Below are positions 1 through 8,735 of a stretch of DNA of 64,000 bases, piece after piece. The notes beneath the pieces were generated by a model, which saw only the letters and a list, made by a program, of their open reading frames with translations, did no database searches and was not told the origin of the DNA. The stretch comes from Candidatus Hydrogenedentales bacterium (GTDB lineage: Bacteria; Hydrogenedentota; Hydrogenedentia; Hydrogenedentales; GCA-2746185). Position 1 is the stretch's first letter; every line of letters starts with the position of its first letter. The DNA lies in NCBI GenBank assembly GCA_038916785.1, contig JBCLBO010000004.1, forward strand, positions 6,086-70,085, in the 5' to 3' direction. The position numbers and the translations under genes were made by a program.

Positions 1-429
1 ATCGGCGACGCGGTGGACATTCATCCGAAGAACAAGCAGGATGTAGGCCAGCGGCTGTGGTATGCGGCGGAGCGAGTGGCGTATGGGAATCGGGCGACGG
101 AGGAGAGCGGGCCGCTGTTCGCGTCGGTGACGTATAGCGGCGGGGAGGCGCGGGTGCGGTTCGACAACGCGCGGCTTGGTCTGAAGACGATGAACAATGC
201 GCCGGTGAAGGGCTTCGCGATTGCCGGCGCGGACTACAAATTCGTGTGGGCGGATGCGCGTATCGCCGGCGATTCCGTGGTGGTGTCGTCGCCTGCGGTG
301 CCGCGTCCGGTGGTGGTACGATACGGCTGGGCGGACAACCCGGAGTGCACGCTCTACAGCGGTGCGGGATTGCCGGCTTCGCCTTTCCGGACGGACACGC
401 GGCCTGGAGTGACGATTGCAAACGAGTAG
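1..429 (+). CDS. Sialate O-acetylesterase family protein, C-terminal fragment (the gene starts upstream of the window)
   Basis: Open frame from base 1. The motif IGDAVDIHPKNKQDVGQRL is characteristic of sialate 9-O-acetylesterases. Stop at 429. Confidence 0.5.
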   Translation: MGDAVDIHPKNKQDVGQRLWYAAERVAYGNRATEESGPLFASVTYSGGEARVRFDNARLGLKTMNNAPVKGFAIAGADYKFVWADARIAGDSVVVSSPAVPRPVVVRYGWADNPECTLYSGAGLPASPFRTDTRPGVTIANE

Positions 430-489
430 GCGGCGGCCTGAGGTAGAATATAGCAGCACGAGCGGCGTGTACACGGGGCCCGGCACGGT

Positions 490-684
490 ATGGACAAAGT
501 GACCTTTTTTCTGTCGCCCGGTCCCGGGGGCGGATCGTATATGCCCGGGCTTATCATGCCGGCGGCGATCCTGCTGGTGGCGCTGCTGTCCGCGGCGACG
601 GTGATCTATCTGACGCGGGTCCGGCCCGGGGCAGAGGGAGCGGGCGACGAGTCCCGGCCTTCGGGGCCTCGTGATCAATCCTAG
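490..684 (+). CDS. Small hypothetical membrane protein (64 aa)
   Basis: Short ORF with one hydrophobic helix, immediately upstream of the transporter gene. No recognisable family. Confidence 0.2.
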   Translation: MDKVTFFLSPGPGGGSYMPGLIMPAAILLVALLSAATVIYLTRVRPGAEGAGDESRPSGPRDQS

Positions 685-693
685 CCGCGAGTT

Positions 694-1659
694 ATGCCGC
701 TGACTTTCCGGGGGAGCGTTGCGCCGGGGGCGGGTCGCGTGCTGGAGTTGGCGCGATACAGCGCGCTGCTGCACTTGGTCGTCCTAATCTGGGGGTTCAC
801 CGGGATTATCGGGCGGCTGATTTCGCTCGATAGTGTTCCGCTGGTGTTCTACCGCATTTCAATCGCCGTGCCTGCGATAGGTTTGTTCCTGTTTCTCCAA
901 GGCGTTTCGCTGCGAGTCGACCGTGGCGGGCTGCTTCGTTTTGCGGGGATCGGCCTGCTGGTGGCGTTTCACTGGACGCTTTTTTTCGAGTCGATCAAGA
1001 TTTCGACTGTGTCGGTCGCGCTGGTGTGTCAGTCGGTGGCGCCGTTCATTACGGCGTTGATCGAGCCGATCGCGTTTCGCCGAGCGATTCGTACGCATGA
1101 GTTGCTGCTGGGGGTCGCGGCGGCCGTCGGAGTGGCCGTAATTTTCGGGTTCGAGACGGAGCACGCGGCGGGCATCGCGGTGGGGCTGGCGGCGGCGTCC
1201 GTGGGGGCGCTGTTCGTGGTGATCAATGGTCGCCTCGTCGAGCGCTACGATTCGCGCGTGATCTCCTTCTACGAACTGCTCAGCGGCTGGGTGGGGATGC
1301 TCTGCGTGGTCCTGCTGGTGGATGGGACAATTCCAGTGCCGGACGCCCCGGACCTGGCCTACCTGTTGGTGTTGGGCACGGTGTGCACCGCCTTCGCGTT
1401 TGTCGGAGGCACCGTGGTGATGCGGCGGCTCTCGCCCTTCACCGTGATGCTGACGACGAACCTCGAGCCGGTGTACGGGATTGTGCTGGCGCTGCTAGTG
1501 TTTGGCGAGTCGGAGCTGATGTCCGCGGGGTTCTATGCGGGCGCGGGGCTGATTCTGGCGAGTATCTGGCTAAATGTTATTATCGTGCGCCGAAAGCTGG
1601 GGACGAGAGGAGCCACACCGGATGGGGACCGCGCCGCACCCGAAAAAAACGCGGGCTGA
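694..1659 (+). CDS. EamA/DMT-superfamily transporter
   Basis: 321 aa with about 10 predicted TM helices and the duplicated EamA-like topology. First gene of the + strand CoA operon. Confidence 0.55.
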   Translation: MPLTFRGSVAPGAGRVLELARYSALLHLVVLIWGFTGIIGRLISLDSVPLVFYRISIAVPAIGLFLFLQGVSLRVDRGGLLRFAGIGLLVAFHWTLFFESIKISTVSVALVCQSVAPFITALIEPIAFRRAIRTHELLLGVAAAVGVAVIFGFETEHAAGIAVGLAAASVGALFVVINGRLVERYDSRVISFYELLSGWVGMLCVVLLVDGTIPVPDAPDLAYLLVLGTVCTAFAFVGGTVVMRRLSPFTVMLTTNLEPVYGIVLALLVFGESELMSAGFYAGAGLILASIWLNVIIVRRKLGTRGATPDGDRAAPEKNAG

Positions 1660-2932
1660 GCGATTGCAAGAGATCCGCGAGATCGCCGAGACCGGGCGCC
1701 GCGGGCTCTTGGATCAGCGCGGGGGACTGAGCGCGGACCTGCCGCTGCGGTTCTGGAACCAGCAGGCGCATTTCACGACGCCCGCTTCGGGCACGCCGGA
1801 GAAGGCCATTCGCGGGTTGGCGCCGGTGGCGAGGTTGCTGGACAAGTTCGGACTTACGCCGGAATCGATCGCCGAATATGCCGACGCGCCGCTCGCGATT
1901 CTCAAGGGCCTCGTCGACGGGGCGGACAAGCATTCGCCCTTCGTGATGGTGGACGTCGAGGACGCGGTCGCGCTCACTCCGGAAACGATCCAGAAGGCGC
2001 GGGACGGCGCGGTGCGTTGCTTTACTGAGGCCGAGTGGGGCACGACGCTGCCGTTCTACCGGCCGGCGGGCTTGCGGCTAGATACTTGTGTGGAGGATTT
2101 GACGAGCGTGTTTGGCCGGGTCGCCGAAGGGGTACAGGGCGGGCCATTTCCGATCGCGGGGATCGTGTGGCCGAAGGCGGAGCATCCGGACGAGATTGCG
2201 TGGGTGTGCGAGACGCTCACCGGGATCGAAGAGCGGCTGGATCTGCCGGAGAACACCGTCCGGATGGAGTTCCTGGTCGAGTCTGGTTACGCGCTCGCGC
2301 AGCTTCCGGAACTCGTGAAGGCCTCCGTCGGGCGGCTCGCGGGCATTATCTGGGGCATCGCGGACTATAGCGCGGACACGAATTTGCCGGTGATCGAGAA
2401 CGATCATCCGCTGTGCGATTGGGCGCGGTATGAGATTGTGAATCTCGCGGGGGCGGCGAACGTGCCCGCGATCGACAGCATGACGCTAAATTATCCGACG
2501 GCGATGCACCGCAGCGCGGAGCTGACGGCGGGACAGCGAGAGGACAATCGCCGCAAAATTCTCGGCGCGCTCAAGGAAGTCTACGACGACGCGCGGCACG
2601 GCATCGCGCTGGGGATGAGCGGGAAGTGGGTGGGGCATCCGCTGCAATTGCTCATGGTGATGGCGGCGTACCGCGAGACGCTGCCGGCGTCGCAGATCGA
2701 GAATGACATCCGCGAGATTGAAGCGTACAGCGCGAGTGTGCTGGCCGGCACCGGCGCCACGGTGATGGGCGAGGGCGCCGGCGCGTACATGGCGGACCGC
2801 GCGACCGATCGGCATCTGCGCGCGCGGCTGCGGCGGGCCACCGCGTGGCGGCGGATGGACCCTGCCCGCGCGCGGGCGCTGGGCGTCATCAGCGACGCGG
2901 AACTGCGCGAGCTGCTTGTGCTGGGCGGCTGA
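1622..2932 (+). CDS. CitE/HpcH-family acyl-CoA lyase (malyl-CoA, beta-methylmalyl-CoA or citramalyl-CoA lyase-like)
   Basis: The HpcH/HpaI aldolase / citrate-lyase beta fold motif FVMVDVEDAV is followed by GIVWPK and IWGIADYSAD. The start codon is uncertain: the longest ORF begins at 1574 and the first plausible ATG is at 1622, which overlaps the upstream gene. An N-terminal extension is present. Confidence 0.65.
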   Translation: MGTAPHPKKTRAERLQEIREIAETGRRGLLDQRGGLSADLPLRFWNQQAHFTTPASGTPEKAIRGLAPVARLLDKFGLTPESIAEYADAPLAILKGLVDGADKHSPFVMVDVEDAVALTPETIQKARDGAVRCFTEAEWGTTLPFYRPAGLRLDTCVEDLTSVFGRVAEGVQGGPFPIAGIVWPKAEHPDEIAWVCETLTGIEERLDLPENTVRMEFLVESGYALAQLPELVKASVGRLAGIIWGIADYSADTNLPVIENDHPLCDWARYEIVNLAGAANVPAIDSMTLNYPTAMHRSAELTAGQREDNRRKILGALKEVYDDARHGIALGMSGKWVGHPLQLLMVMAAYRETLPASQIENDIREIEAYSASVLAGTGATVMGEGAGAYMADRATDRHLRARLRRATAWRRMDPARARALGVISDAELRELLVLGG

Positions 2933-2935
2933 GCG

Positions 2936-4018
2936 ATGGCCGAGGGCGGCGCGCAGGGCCACTTCTTCGAGGACTTCCGCGTGGGCCAGGCGCTCGAGCA
3001 CTGCGGCGGGCGCACGATCACCGAGGGCGATTGCGCGGTGTATCTCTCGCTGACCGGCGACCGATACCGGCTTTTTTGCGACGCGGAGTACGCGAAATCG
3101 CGAGGCTATCGCGGGATGCTCGTGAACGATCTGCTTGTTTTTCATGTCATTTTCGGGCAGACCGTGCCGGAGGTCTCGCGCAATGCCATCGCGAATCTTG
3201 GGTACGCGGACGTCCGCTTCCGCACGCCGGTGTATCCCGGCGACACCCTGCGCACGACAACCGAAGTGATCGGGCTGCGCGAAAACAAGAACGGGAAGTC
3301 CGGGATCGTCTACGTGCAGTCGCGCGGGACGAACCAGCAGGGCGAGACGGTGTTGGAGTTTTACCGTTGGGTGATGGTGCGCAAACGCGACGAGCACGCG
3401 CCGCCGCCGGCGGAGCACGTGCCGAACCTCCCCAAGGAAATCAGCCCGCTTCAACTGGTGCATTGCGCGGCGACGATCCCGGACGCGCACGAAAACGCGG
3501 CGCCGGGCCGATACTTCGAGGACTACAAAGAAGGCCAGACGATTTTTCACGGCGCGGGGATGACGATCGAGGAAGCGGAACACGCCTCGGCGACACGGCT
3601 CTATCAGAACACAGCGGCGGTGCACTTCGACGGGCACGCGATGAAGCAGACCGAAGCCGGACGCAGGCTTGTCTACGGCGGGCATGTGATCTCGGTGGCG
3701 CGCGCCGCGCAGTTCGACGGGCTGGAGAACGCCGAGCGCATCCTCGGGTGGAACGGCGGGACCCACGCGAACCCGACCTACGCGGGCGACACGATTTACG
3801 CGGTGACCGAGGTGCTCCAAAAACACACGACCAGTGCGAAGCTTGGCGGCATCCTGCGGCTGCGCCTCTATGCGGTGAAGAATCTCGACCCCGCGAAGGA
3901 GACGATTGAGTTCGTGAAGATCGAGGCCGGGCGAACGACCTATCATCCGAGTGTAGCCCTGGATTTAGACTTTTATGTGTTCGTGCCGCACCGAAGCGCT
4001 GCGAAGGCACAGGGATGA
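2936..4018 (+). CDS. MaoC-like double hotdog enoyl-CoA hydratase (mesaconyl-CoA hydratase-like)
   Basis: 360 aa with two tandem hotdog/MaoC dehydratase domains. The size and architecture match mesaconyl-CoA (beta-methylmalyl-CoA) hydratases. It lies 3 bp after the lyase. Confidence 0.7.
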   Translation: MAEGGAQGHFFEDFRVGQALEHCGGRTITEGDCAVYLSLTGDRYRLFCDAEYAKSRGYRGMLVNDLLVFHVIFGQTVPEVSRNAIANLGYADVRFRTPVYPGDTLRTTTEVIGLRENKNGKSGIVYVQSRGTNQQGETVLEFYRWVMVRKRDEHAPPPAEHVPNLPKEISPLQLVHCAATIPDAHENAAPGRYFEDYKEGQTIFHGAGMTIEEAEHASATRLYQNTAAVHFDGHAMKQTEAGRRLVYGGHVISVARAAQFDGLENAERILGWNGGTHANPTYAGDTIYAVTEVLQKHTTSAKLGGILRLRLYAVKNLDPAKETIEFVKIEAGRTTYHPSVALDLDFYVFVPHRSAAKAQG

Positions 4019-5661
4019 GCGCATCCGCCGACCCGGTATTGGCGCGATGCCGCGCGCGGCTCGAGGAATTGACCCAGGCCCTGCGGCGAAGCACGCGCGA
4101 CGGCGAGGCCATCGACAATCACCAGGTCGCCACGCGGCGGCTGGCGGGATTGGCCACGCGATACGAAGCCGCTGCCGCCATGGCCGAGGCCGCTCGCGCG
4201 CCGCGCGCGTCCGAGGGGCCTGCGGCAAGCGGGATGGCGGAGATCGCCGGCGTGTGGGCGGCGGAGACGGCGCTCGCGGCGGCGGAAAGCTACTGGCTGC
4301 ATGGTGAGGAGTTCGGACTCACGCCCGGCAATTTCTCCGGCCTGAGCGATGCGGGCGTGTTGGACGATGTTCGCGCGTCGGTGAAGGAATCAAAATACCG
4401 CGCGATCGGAGAGTCGCTGATCGAGCGCGGCGCGGCGAACGACCGGCCGATCGCGCACGACGCGGGCGAGGCCGCGGAGCTGCGCGCGGCGACGCGGCGC
4501 TTCGCGCAGACCGTGGTCGCGCCCGAGGCCGAGCGAATTCATCGAGAAGACTTGTTGGTGCCGGAGCATTTCATTACCGAGATGTCGGCGTTGGGCTACT
4601 TCGGGATGTCGATCCCGGAGTCCTACGGCGGCGTCGGCATGAACAATTTGATGATGGTCGTGGCGACGGAGGAATTGAGCGCGGCGTCGCTCCCGGCGGC
4701 GGGCAGCCTGATCACGCGGCCGGAGATTCTGGCGAAGGCGCTGTTGCAGGGCGGCACCGAGGAGCAGAAGAAGGCGTGGCTGCCGCGCGTGGCGAGCGGC
4801 GAGCTGATGGTGGCCGTCGCGGTGACCGAGCCGAATGTCGGGTCAGACGTTGCGAATCTGAGTTGTCGGGCCGAAGCGAAGGCGATCGGCGGAAGGGCCG
4901 GCTACGCGCTGAACGGCGCGAAGGCTTGGTGTACCTTCGCCGGCCGCGCGAATATTCTCGCGCTGCTCGCGCGGACGGAACCCGATCCGAAGCTGGGCCA
5001 CAAGGGCCTCTCACTGTTCATCGTCGAGAAGGACGCATTCACGGGGCACGAGTTCACGATGCGGCAGCCGGGCGGCGGCGTGATGACGGGGAAGGCCGAC
5101 GCGACGATCGGGTATCGCGGGATGCACTCGTTCACCTTGCAGTTTGAGGACTACTTCGTGCCGGCGGAAAACCTCGTCGGCGGCGAGGCGGGCCGCGGCA
5201 AGGGTTTCTACTTGCAGATGGGCGGCTTCGCGGCGGGGCGCCTGCAAACGGGCGGCCGCGCGACGGGCCTGGCGCAGGCGAGCCTCGAAGCGGCGGTGAA
5301 ATACGCGAAGGAGCGGCCGCAATTCGGCAAGCCGATCGCGGAGTACCAGAGCACGCAATACGAAATCGGACGAATGGCGGTGAAGGTCGAGGCCGCGCGG
5401 CAGTTGACCTATGCCGCGGCGCGCGCGATGGACGAGACGAGTCCGCGCGCGACTTTGCTCGCGGCGATGGCGAAGCTGCTCGCGTGCCGCGTGGCGGTGG
5501 AGGTGAGCCAGGCGGCGCAGGTGTTGCACGGCGGCTGGGGATACGCCGAGGAGTACGCGATCTCGCGGTACGTGTGCGATGCGCTGGTGTTGCCAATCTT
5601 CGAGGGCGTCGAGCCGATCCTCGAGATGAAGGTGATCGGGCGCACGCTGTTGGGGGGGTGA
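4015..5661 (+). CDS. Acyl-CoA dehydrogenase with an N-terminal extension of about 160 aa (methylsuccinyl-CoA dehydrogenase-like)
   Basis: The start overlaps the upstream stop as ATGA. The C-terminal 380 aa form a canonical ACAD fold (FGMSIPESYGGVGM ... VTEPNVGSD ... QVLHGGWGY). A long N-terminal extension is the hallmark of the Mcd subfamily. Confidence 0.7.
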   Translation: MSASADPVLARCRARLEELTQALRRSTRDGEAIDNHQVATRRLAGLATRYEAAAAMAEAARAPRASEGPAASGMAEIAGVWAAETALAAAESYWLHGEEFGLTPGNFSGLSDAGVLDDVRASVKESKYRAIGESLIERGAANDRPIAHDAGEAAELRAATRRFAQTVVAPEAERIHREDLLVPEHFITEMSALGYFGMSIPESYGGVGMNNLMMVVATEELSAASLPAAGSLITRPEILAKALLQGGTEEQKKAWLPRVASGELMVAVAVTEPNVGSDVANLSCRAEAKAIGGRAGYALNGAKAWCTFAGRANILALLARTEPDPKLGHKGLSLFIVEKDAFTGHEFTMRQPGGGVMTGKADATIGYRGMHSFTLQFEDYFVPAENLVGGEAGRGKGFYLQMGGFAAGRLQTGGRATGLAQASLEAAVKYAKERPQFGKPIAEYQSTQYEIGRMAVKVEAARQLTYAAARAMDETSPRATLLAAMAKLLACRVAVEVSQAAQVLHGGWGYAEEYAISRYVCDALVLPIFEGVEPILEMKVIGRTLLGG

Positions 5662-5682
5662 GGCGTTGCGGAAGAAAGGGCG

Positions 5683-5799
5683 ATGGGAATTATGGGAAGT
5701 ATGGGAATTATGGGACGTACGGGACGTATGCAAATCATGGAAACTGATGGACCCATTGGTCCCATACTTCCCATGATTCTCATAGGTCTCATCGGGCCA
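5683..5799. repeat. 9-bp periodic AT-rich repeat array with dyad symmetry (about 13 units)
   Basis: The units run atgggaatt / atgggaagt / atgggaatt / atgggacgt / acgggacgt / atgcaaatc / atggaaact / gatggaccc / attggtccc / atacttccc / atgattctc / ataggtctc / atcgggcca. The left half is ATGGGA-NNN and the right half is its reverse complement (NNN-TCCCAT). The array sits intergenic between the ACAD stop (5661) and the ligase start (5808). Confidence 0.8.
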
Positions 5800-5807
5800 T
5801 CCCGCCG

Positions 5808-7379
5808 ATGATGTCATTTCCAAACGTCATTGAGGCGGTGCGGTCGCGCGCGGGGGAGCATGCGGCGCGCGTGGCCGTGATCGACGGCGGAGTGCGGCTG
5901 ACGCATGCGGAGTTGTGGGAGCGTGTCGATCGGCTTTCCAATGCGTTCATCATCGCGGGGTTGCGCAAGGGCGAGCGGCTGTTGGCGTGGCTGCCGAATG
6001 CGTTTCAGGCGATCGAGACGGAGCTGGCGTGTTTGCAGGCGGGGGGCGTGTGGGTGACGCTGAACGCGGCGCTCACGTGGCCGGAGGTGGCGGCCGTCAT
6101 TACGTCGACGGAGCCGCGGCTGTTTGTCGTTTCGAAGGCGCTCCTGGCTAACATTCCAACGGCGAACGCGGATGCGCAGCGGATGCTGGAGCAGTTGACG
6201 ACGCTGGTGGTCGGCGGCGACCCGATGGCCATCGGGAGTTTCGACTACGAGTCTACGTTGCGCGCGGGATCGCGGGAGCGTCCGCGCGTGGAGGTCGGGC
6301 CGGAGGACCTCTTGCGGCTTCGGTATACCTCCGGGACGACGGGAAAGGCGAAGGCGGCGATGATCGCGCACTCGGCGTATCTGGCGTCGCTGGAGACAAT
6401 GCTCAGCGTGCTGCCGCCGTTGTCGCCGGCGGACCGCGTGTTGCACGCGTCCCCGCTTACTCATGCCTCGGCGGCGTATATGTATCCGATGCTCTGGTGC
6501 GGCGGCGCGAGCGTCCTCGTGCCGAAGTTCGAGGCGGACGAAGTTCTGGAGATCATTGAGCGCGAGCGGATCACGATCCTGTTCGCAGTGCCGACGGTGT
6601 TGCACCGGTTTGGCGAGTCGCCGGCGTTCCGGTCGCGCGACCTGAGCAGTTTGCGCAGCGTGTCGTATGGCGCGGCGCCGACGCCGCCGGAGGTGTTGCG
6701 CCCGGTGCTCGAGCGATTGCCGGGGAAATTGCTGCACATTTACGGGCTGACCGAGGCGCTGCACCCGGTGACCACGCTGGGCCGCGAGGAACACGTGCCG
6801 GGGAACCCGAAGCTGGGGTCGATCGGGAAGCCGACGATCCTCTGCGAGCTGCGCGTGGCGAAAGAGGATGGCAGCGATGCGGGCGACAGCGAGCTGGGCG
6901 AGTTGTGGGTGCGCGGGCCGATCACCATGCGCGGGTATTGGCGCGACCCGGAGGGCAGCGCGGAGTTGATGCGCGGCGAGTGGATCGCGACGGGGGACCT
7001 CGGGTATCGCGACGCGGAGGGATACTATTGGATCGTCGATCGCAAGAAGGACGTGATCATCAGCGGCGGTTTCAACGTATACAGCAGCGAGGTTGAATCG
7101 GTGCTGATGGAGCACCCCGCGGTGTTGGAGGCCGCGGTGATTGGCCTGCCGCATCCGGATTGGGGCGAGGAAGTGCATGCCGTGGTGGGGCTGAGGCCGG
7201 GCGCGATGGCCGGCGAGGCGGCGCTGATCGCGCATTGCCGGGAGAGGCTCGCGGGATACAAGACGCCGAAGGGCGTTACTATTTTGGAAAACGGATTGCC
7301 TCGGAATAGCACGGGGAAGGTGTTGAAGGCGGAATTGGGCGAGGTGGTGAGGCGTGGGGCGGGAAAGAAATCTCGGTGA
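5808..7379 (+). CDS. AMP-dependent acyl-CoA synthetase/ligase
   Basis: 523 aa carrying the AMP-binding signature LRYTSGTTGKAKAAM and the C-terminal GWIATGDLGYRDAEGYYWIVDRKKDVIISGGFNVY motif. Confidence 0.8.
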   Translation: MMSFPNVIEAVRSRAGEHAARVAVIDGGVRLTHAELWERVDRLSNAFIIAGLRKGERLLAWLPNAFQAIETELACLQAGGVWVTLNAALTWPEVAAVITSTEPRLFVVSKALLANIPTANADAQRMLEQLTTLVVGGDPMAIGSFDYESTLRAGSRERPRVEVGPEDLLRLRYTSGTTGKAKAAMIAHSAYLASLETMLSVLPPLSPADRVLHASPLTHASAAYMYPMLWCGGASVLVPKFEADEVLEIIERERITILFAVPTVLHRFGESPAFRSRDLSSLRSVSYGAAPTPPEVLRPVLERLPGKLLHIYGLTEALHPVTTLGREEHVPGNPKLGSIGKPTILCELRVAKEDGSDAGDSELGELWVRGPITMRGYWRDPEGSAELMRGEWIATGDLGYRDAEGYYWIVDRKKDVIISGGFNVYSSEVESVLMEHPAVLEAAVIGLPHPDWGEEVHAVVGLRPGAMAGEAALIAHCRERLAGYKTPKGVTILENGLPRNSTGKVLKAELGEVVRRGAGKKSR

Positions 7380-7449
7380 AGCGATGAAGGTCAAGGGCAG
7401 ATGACGAGCACGATGACTGGGTCGATGACGAGACGAGGATGAGATCGCG

Positions 7450-8622
7450 ATGAATGCGATGGGATTGAAGGTTTTGGATTTTACGACACTGCTGCCTGGG
7501 CCCTTTGCCACGATGATGTTGGCGGACATGGGCGCGGACATCGTGCGCGTCGAGGCGCCGGGGCGCTGGGACATGGTGCGATCGCGGCCGCCGTTTGATG
7601 ATGGGGTGGCAGCGGGGCATGCGTTCTTGGCGCGGAGCAAACGGTCGGTGGCGCTTGATTTGAAGAAGCCCGGCGCGGCGGAGATCGTCAAGCGGCTCGT
7701 GGAAACCTATGACATCGTGATCGAGCAGTTCCGGCCGGGGGTGATGGATCGGCTGGGGATCGGGTACGAGACCTTGGCGAAGGATAATCCCAGGCTCATT
7801 TACTGTTCGCTGACGGGCTACGGGCAGACGGGGCCGCTACGCGATCGCGCCGGGCATGACAACAACTACCTCTCGCTCGCTGGCGTGATGAGCCACTGCG
7901 GACGCAAGGAGCAGGGGCCGGTGCCGCAGGGCGTGCAGGTGGCGGACATCGGCGGCGGGTCGCTGTGTTCAATCATCGGGATTCTGGCCGCGGTGGTGTG
8001 CCGGCAGCAGACCGGGCGCGGGCAGTATGTCGACGTGTCGATGTACGACGCGGCGATTCTTTGGAACGCCTACGCGGCGGCGCAGTACCTCGTCGGCGGG
8101 ACGACGCCGGACTACGAGAGCATGCCGCTGAACGGCGGCACGCACTATGACTATTACCGCACGAAAGACGGCCGCTACATCTCGGTGGGCAGCCTCGAGC
8201 CGAAATTCTGGGAAGGGTTCTGCCGCGCGATCGGGCGGCCGGATTTTATTGAGCGCGTGGACCTGCCGGGGCCGAAGATGGACGCGCTGAAGATTGAGAT
8301 TCGCGCGGTGATGGCGCAGAAGAGTTTCGACGAATGGGTAGCCATCTTCGCGAAGGAAGACGTGTGCGTCGAGCCGGTGTTGCGCATGGACGAGGCGCTA
8401 CACCATCCGCAATGCGCCGCGCGCGAGATGGTGGTCGATGTGCCCAAACCCAAAGGAGGCGCGCAGCGTCAGGTCGGATTTCCGATCAAATTTTCCGAGA
8501 TGCGTCCGACGTACAAAGGAATTGGGTGCGCATTGGGCGAGCACACGGACGAGGTGTTGTTGGACGCGGGGTACACCGCGAGCGAGATTGGGGCGCTGCG
8601 CGGCGCGGGGGTTTTTGGTTAA
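7450..8622 (+). CDS. Family III CoA-transferase (CaiB/BaiF family)
   Basis: 390 aa. The N-terminus LKVLDFTTLLPGPFATMMLADMGADIVRVE is typical of family III CoA transferases. Confidence 0.8.
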   Translation: MNAMGLKVLDFTTLLPGPFATMMLADMGADIVRVEAPGRWDMVRSRPPFDDGVAAGHAFLARSKRSVALDLKKPGAAEIVKRLVETYDIVIEQFRPGVMDRLGIGYETLAKDNPRLIYCSLTGYGQTGPLRDRAGHDNNYLSLAGVMSHCGRKEQGPVPQGVQVADIGGGSLCSIIGILAAVVCRQQTGRGQYVDVSMYDAAILWNAYAAAQYLVGGTTPDYESMPLNGGTHYDYYRTKDGRYISVGSLEPKFWEGFCRAIGRPDFIERVDLPGPKMDALKIEIRAVMAQKSFDEWVAIFAKEDVCVEPVLRMDEALHHPQCAAREMVVDVPKPKGGAQRQVGFPIKFSEMRPTYKGIGCALGEHTDEVLLDAGYTASEIGALRGAGVFG

Positions 8623-8635
8623 TTGTCGGTCGCGC

Positions 8636-8735
8636 GGGAGCGCGACCCTCCCGGGGGGATCACAAATCCGCCGGTGTGCGGTAGGGCATCCGCCGGTGTG
8701 CGGTAGGGCGGCCACGGGGGGCCGCCCCTACGGGC
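8636..8735. repeat. REP-like cluster: hairpin gggagcgcgaccctccc, a 22-bp tandem (atccgccggtgtgcggtagggc x2) and hairpin ggcggccacggggggccgcccctacgg
   Basis: Read directly. The same hairpin families recur at 56556, 57115 and 35616-35893. The cluster overlaps the last codons of murJ. Confidence 0.7.

Noticed and set aside
2486-3946. 486-aa ORF on the minus strand
   Set aside because: Arg/Ala/Pro-rich, low-complexity translation lying antisense to the well-supported MaoC hydratase and CitE genes. This is a typical high-G+C shadow ORF.
5409-5792. ORFs (both strands) that translate the 9-bp repeat array into MGIMGSMG- or PIIPILP-type tripeptide repeats
   Set aside because: The tripeptide periodicity is a direct consequence of the 9-bp DNA repeat. 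The region is intergenic between two overlapping-operon genes and has mirror symmetry, which is uncharacteristic of coding sequence.
5814-7691. 625-aa ORF on the minus strand
   Set aside because: Antisense to the acyl-CoA synthetase gene, which has unambiguous AMP-binding motifs. The translation is Arg-rich with no domain features.
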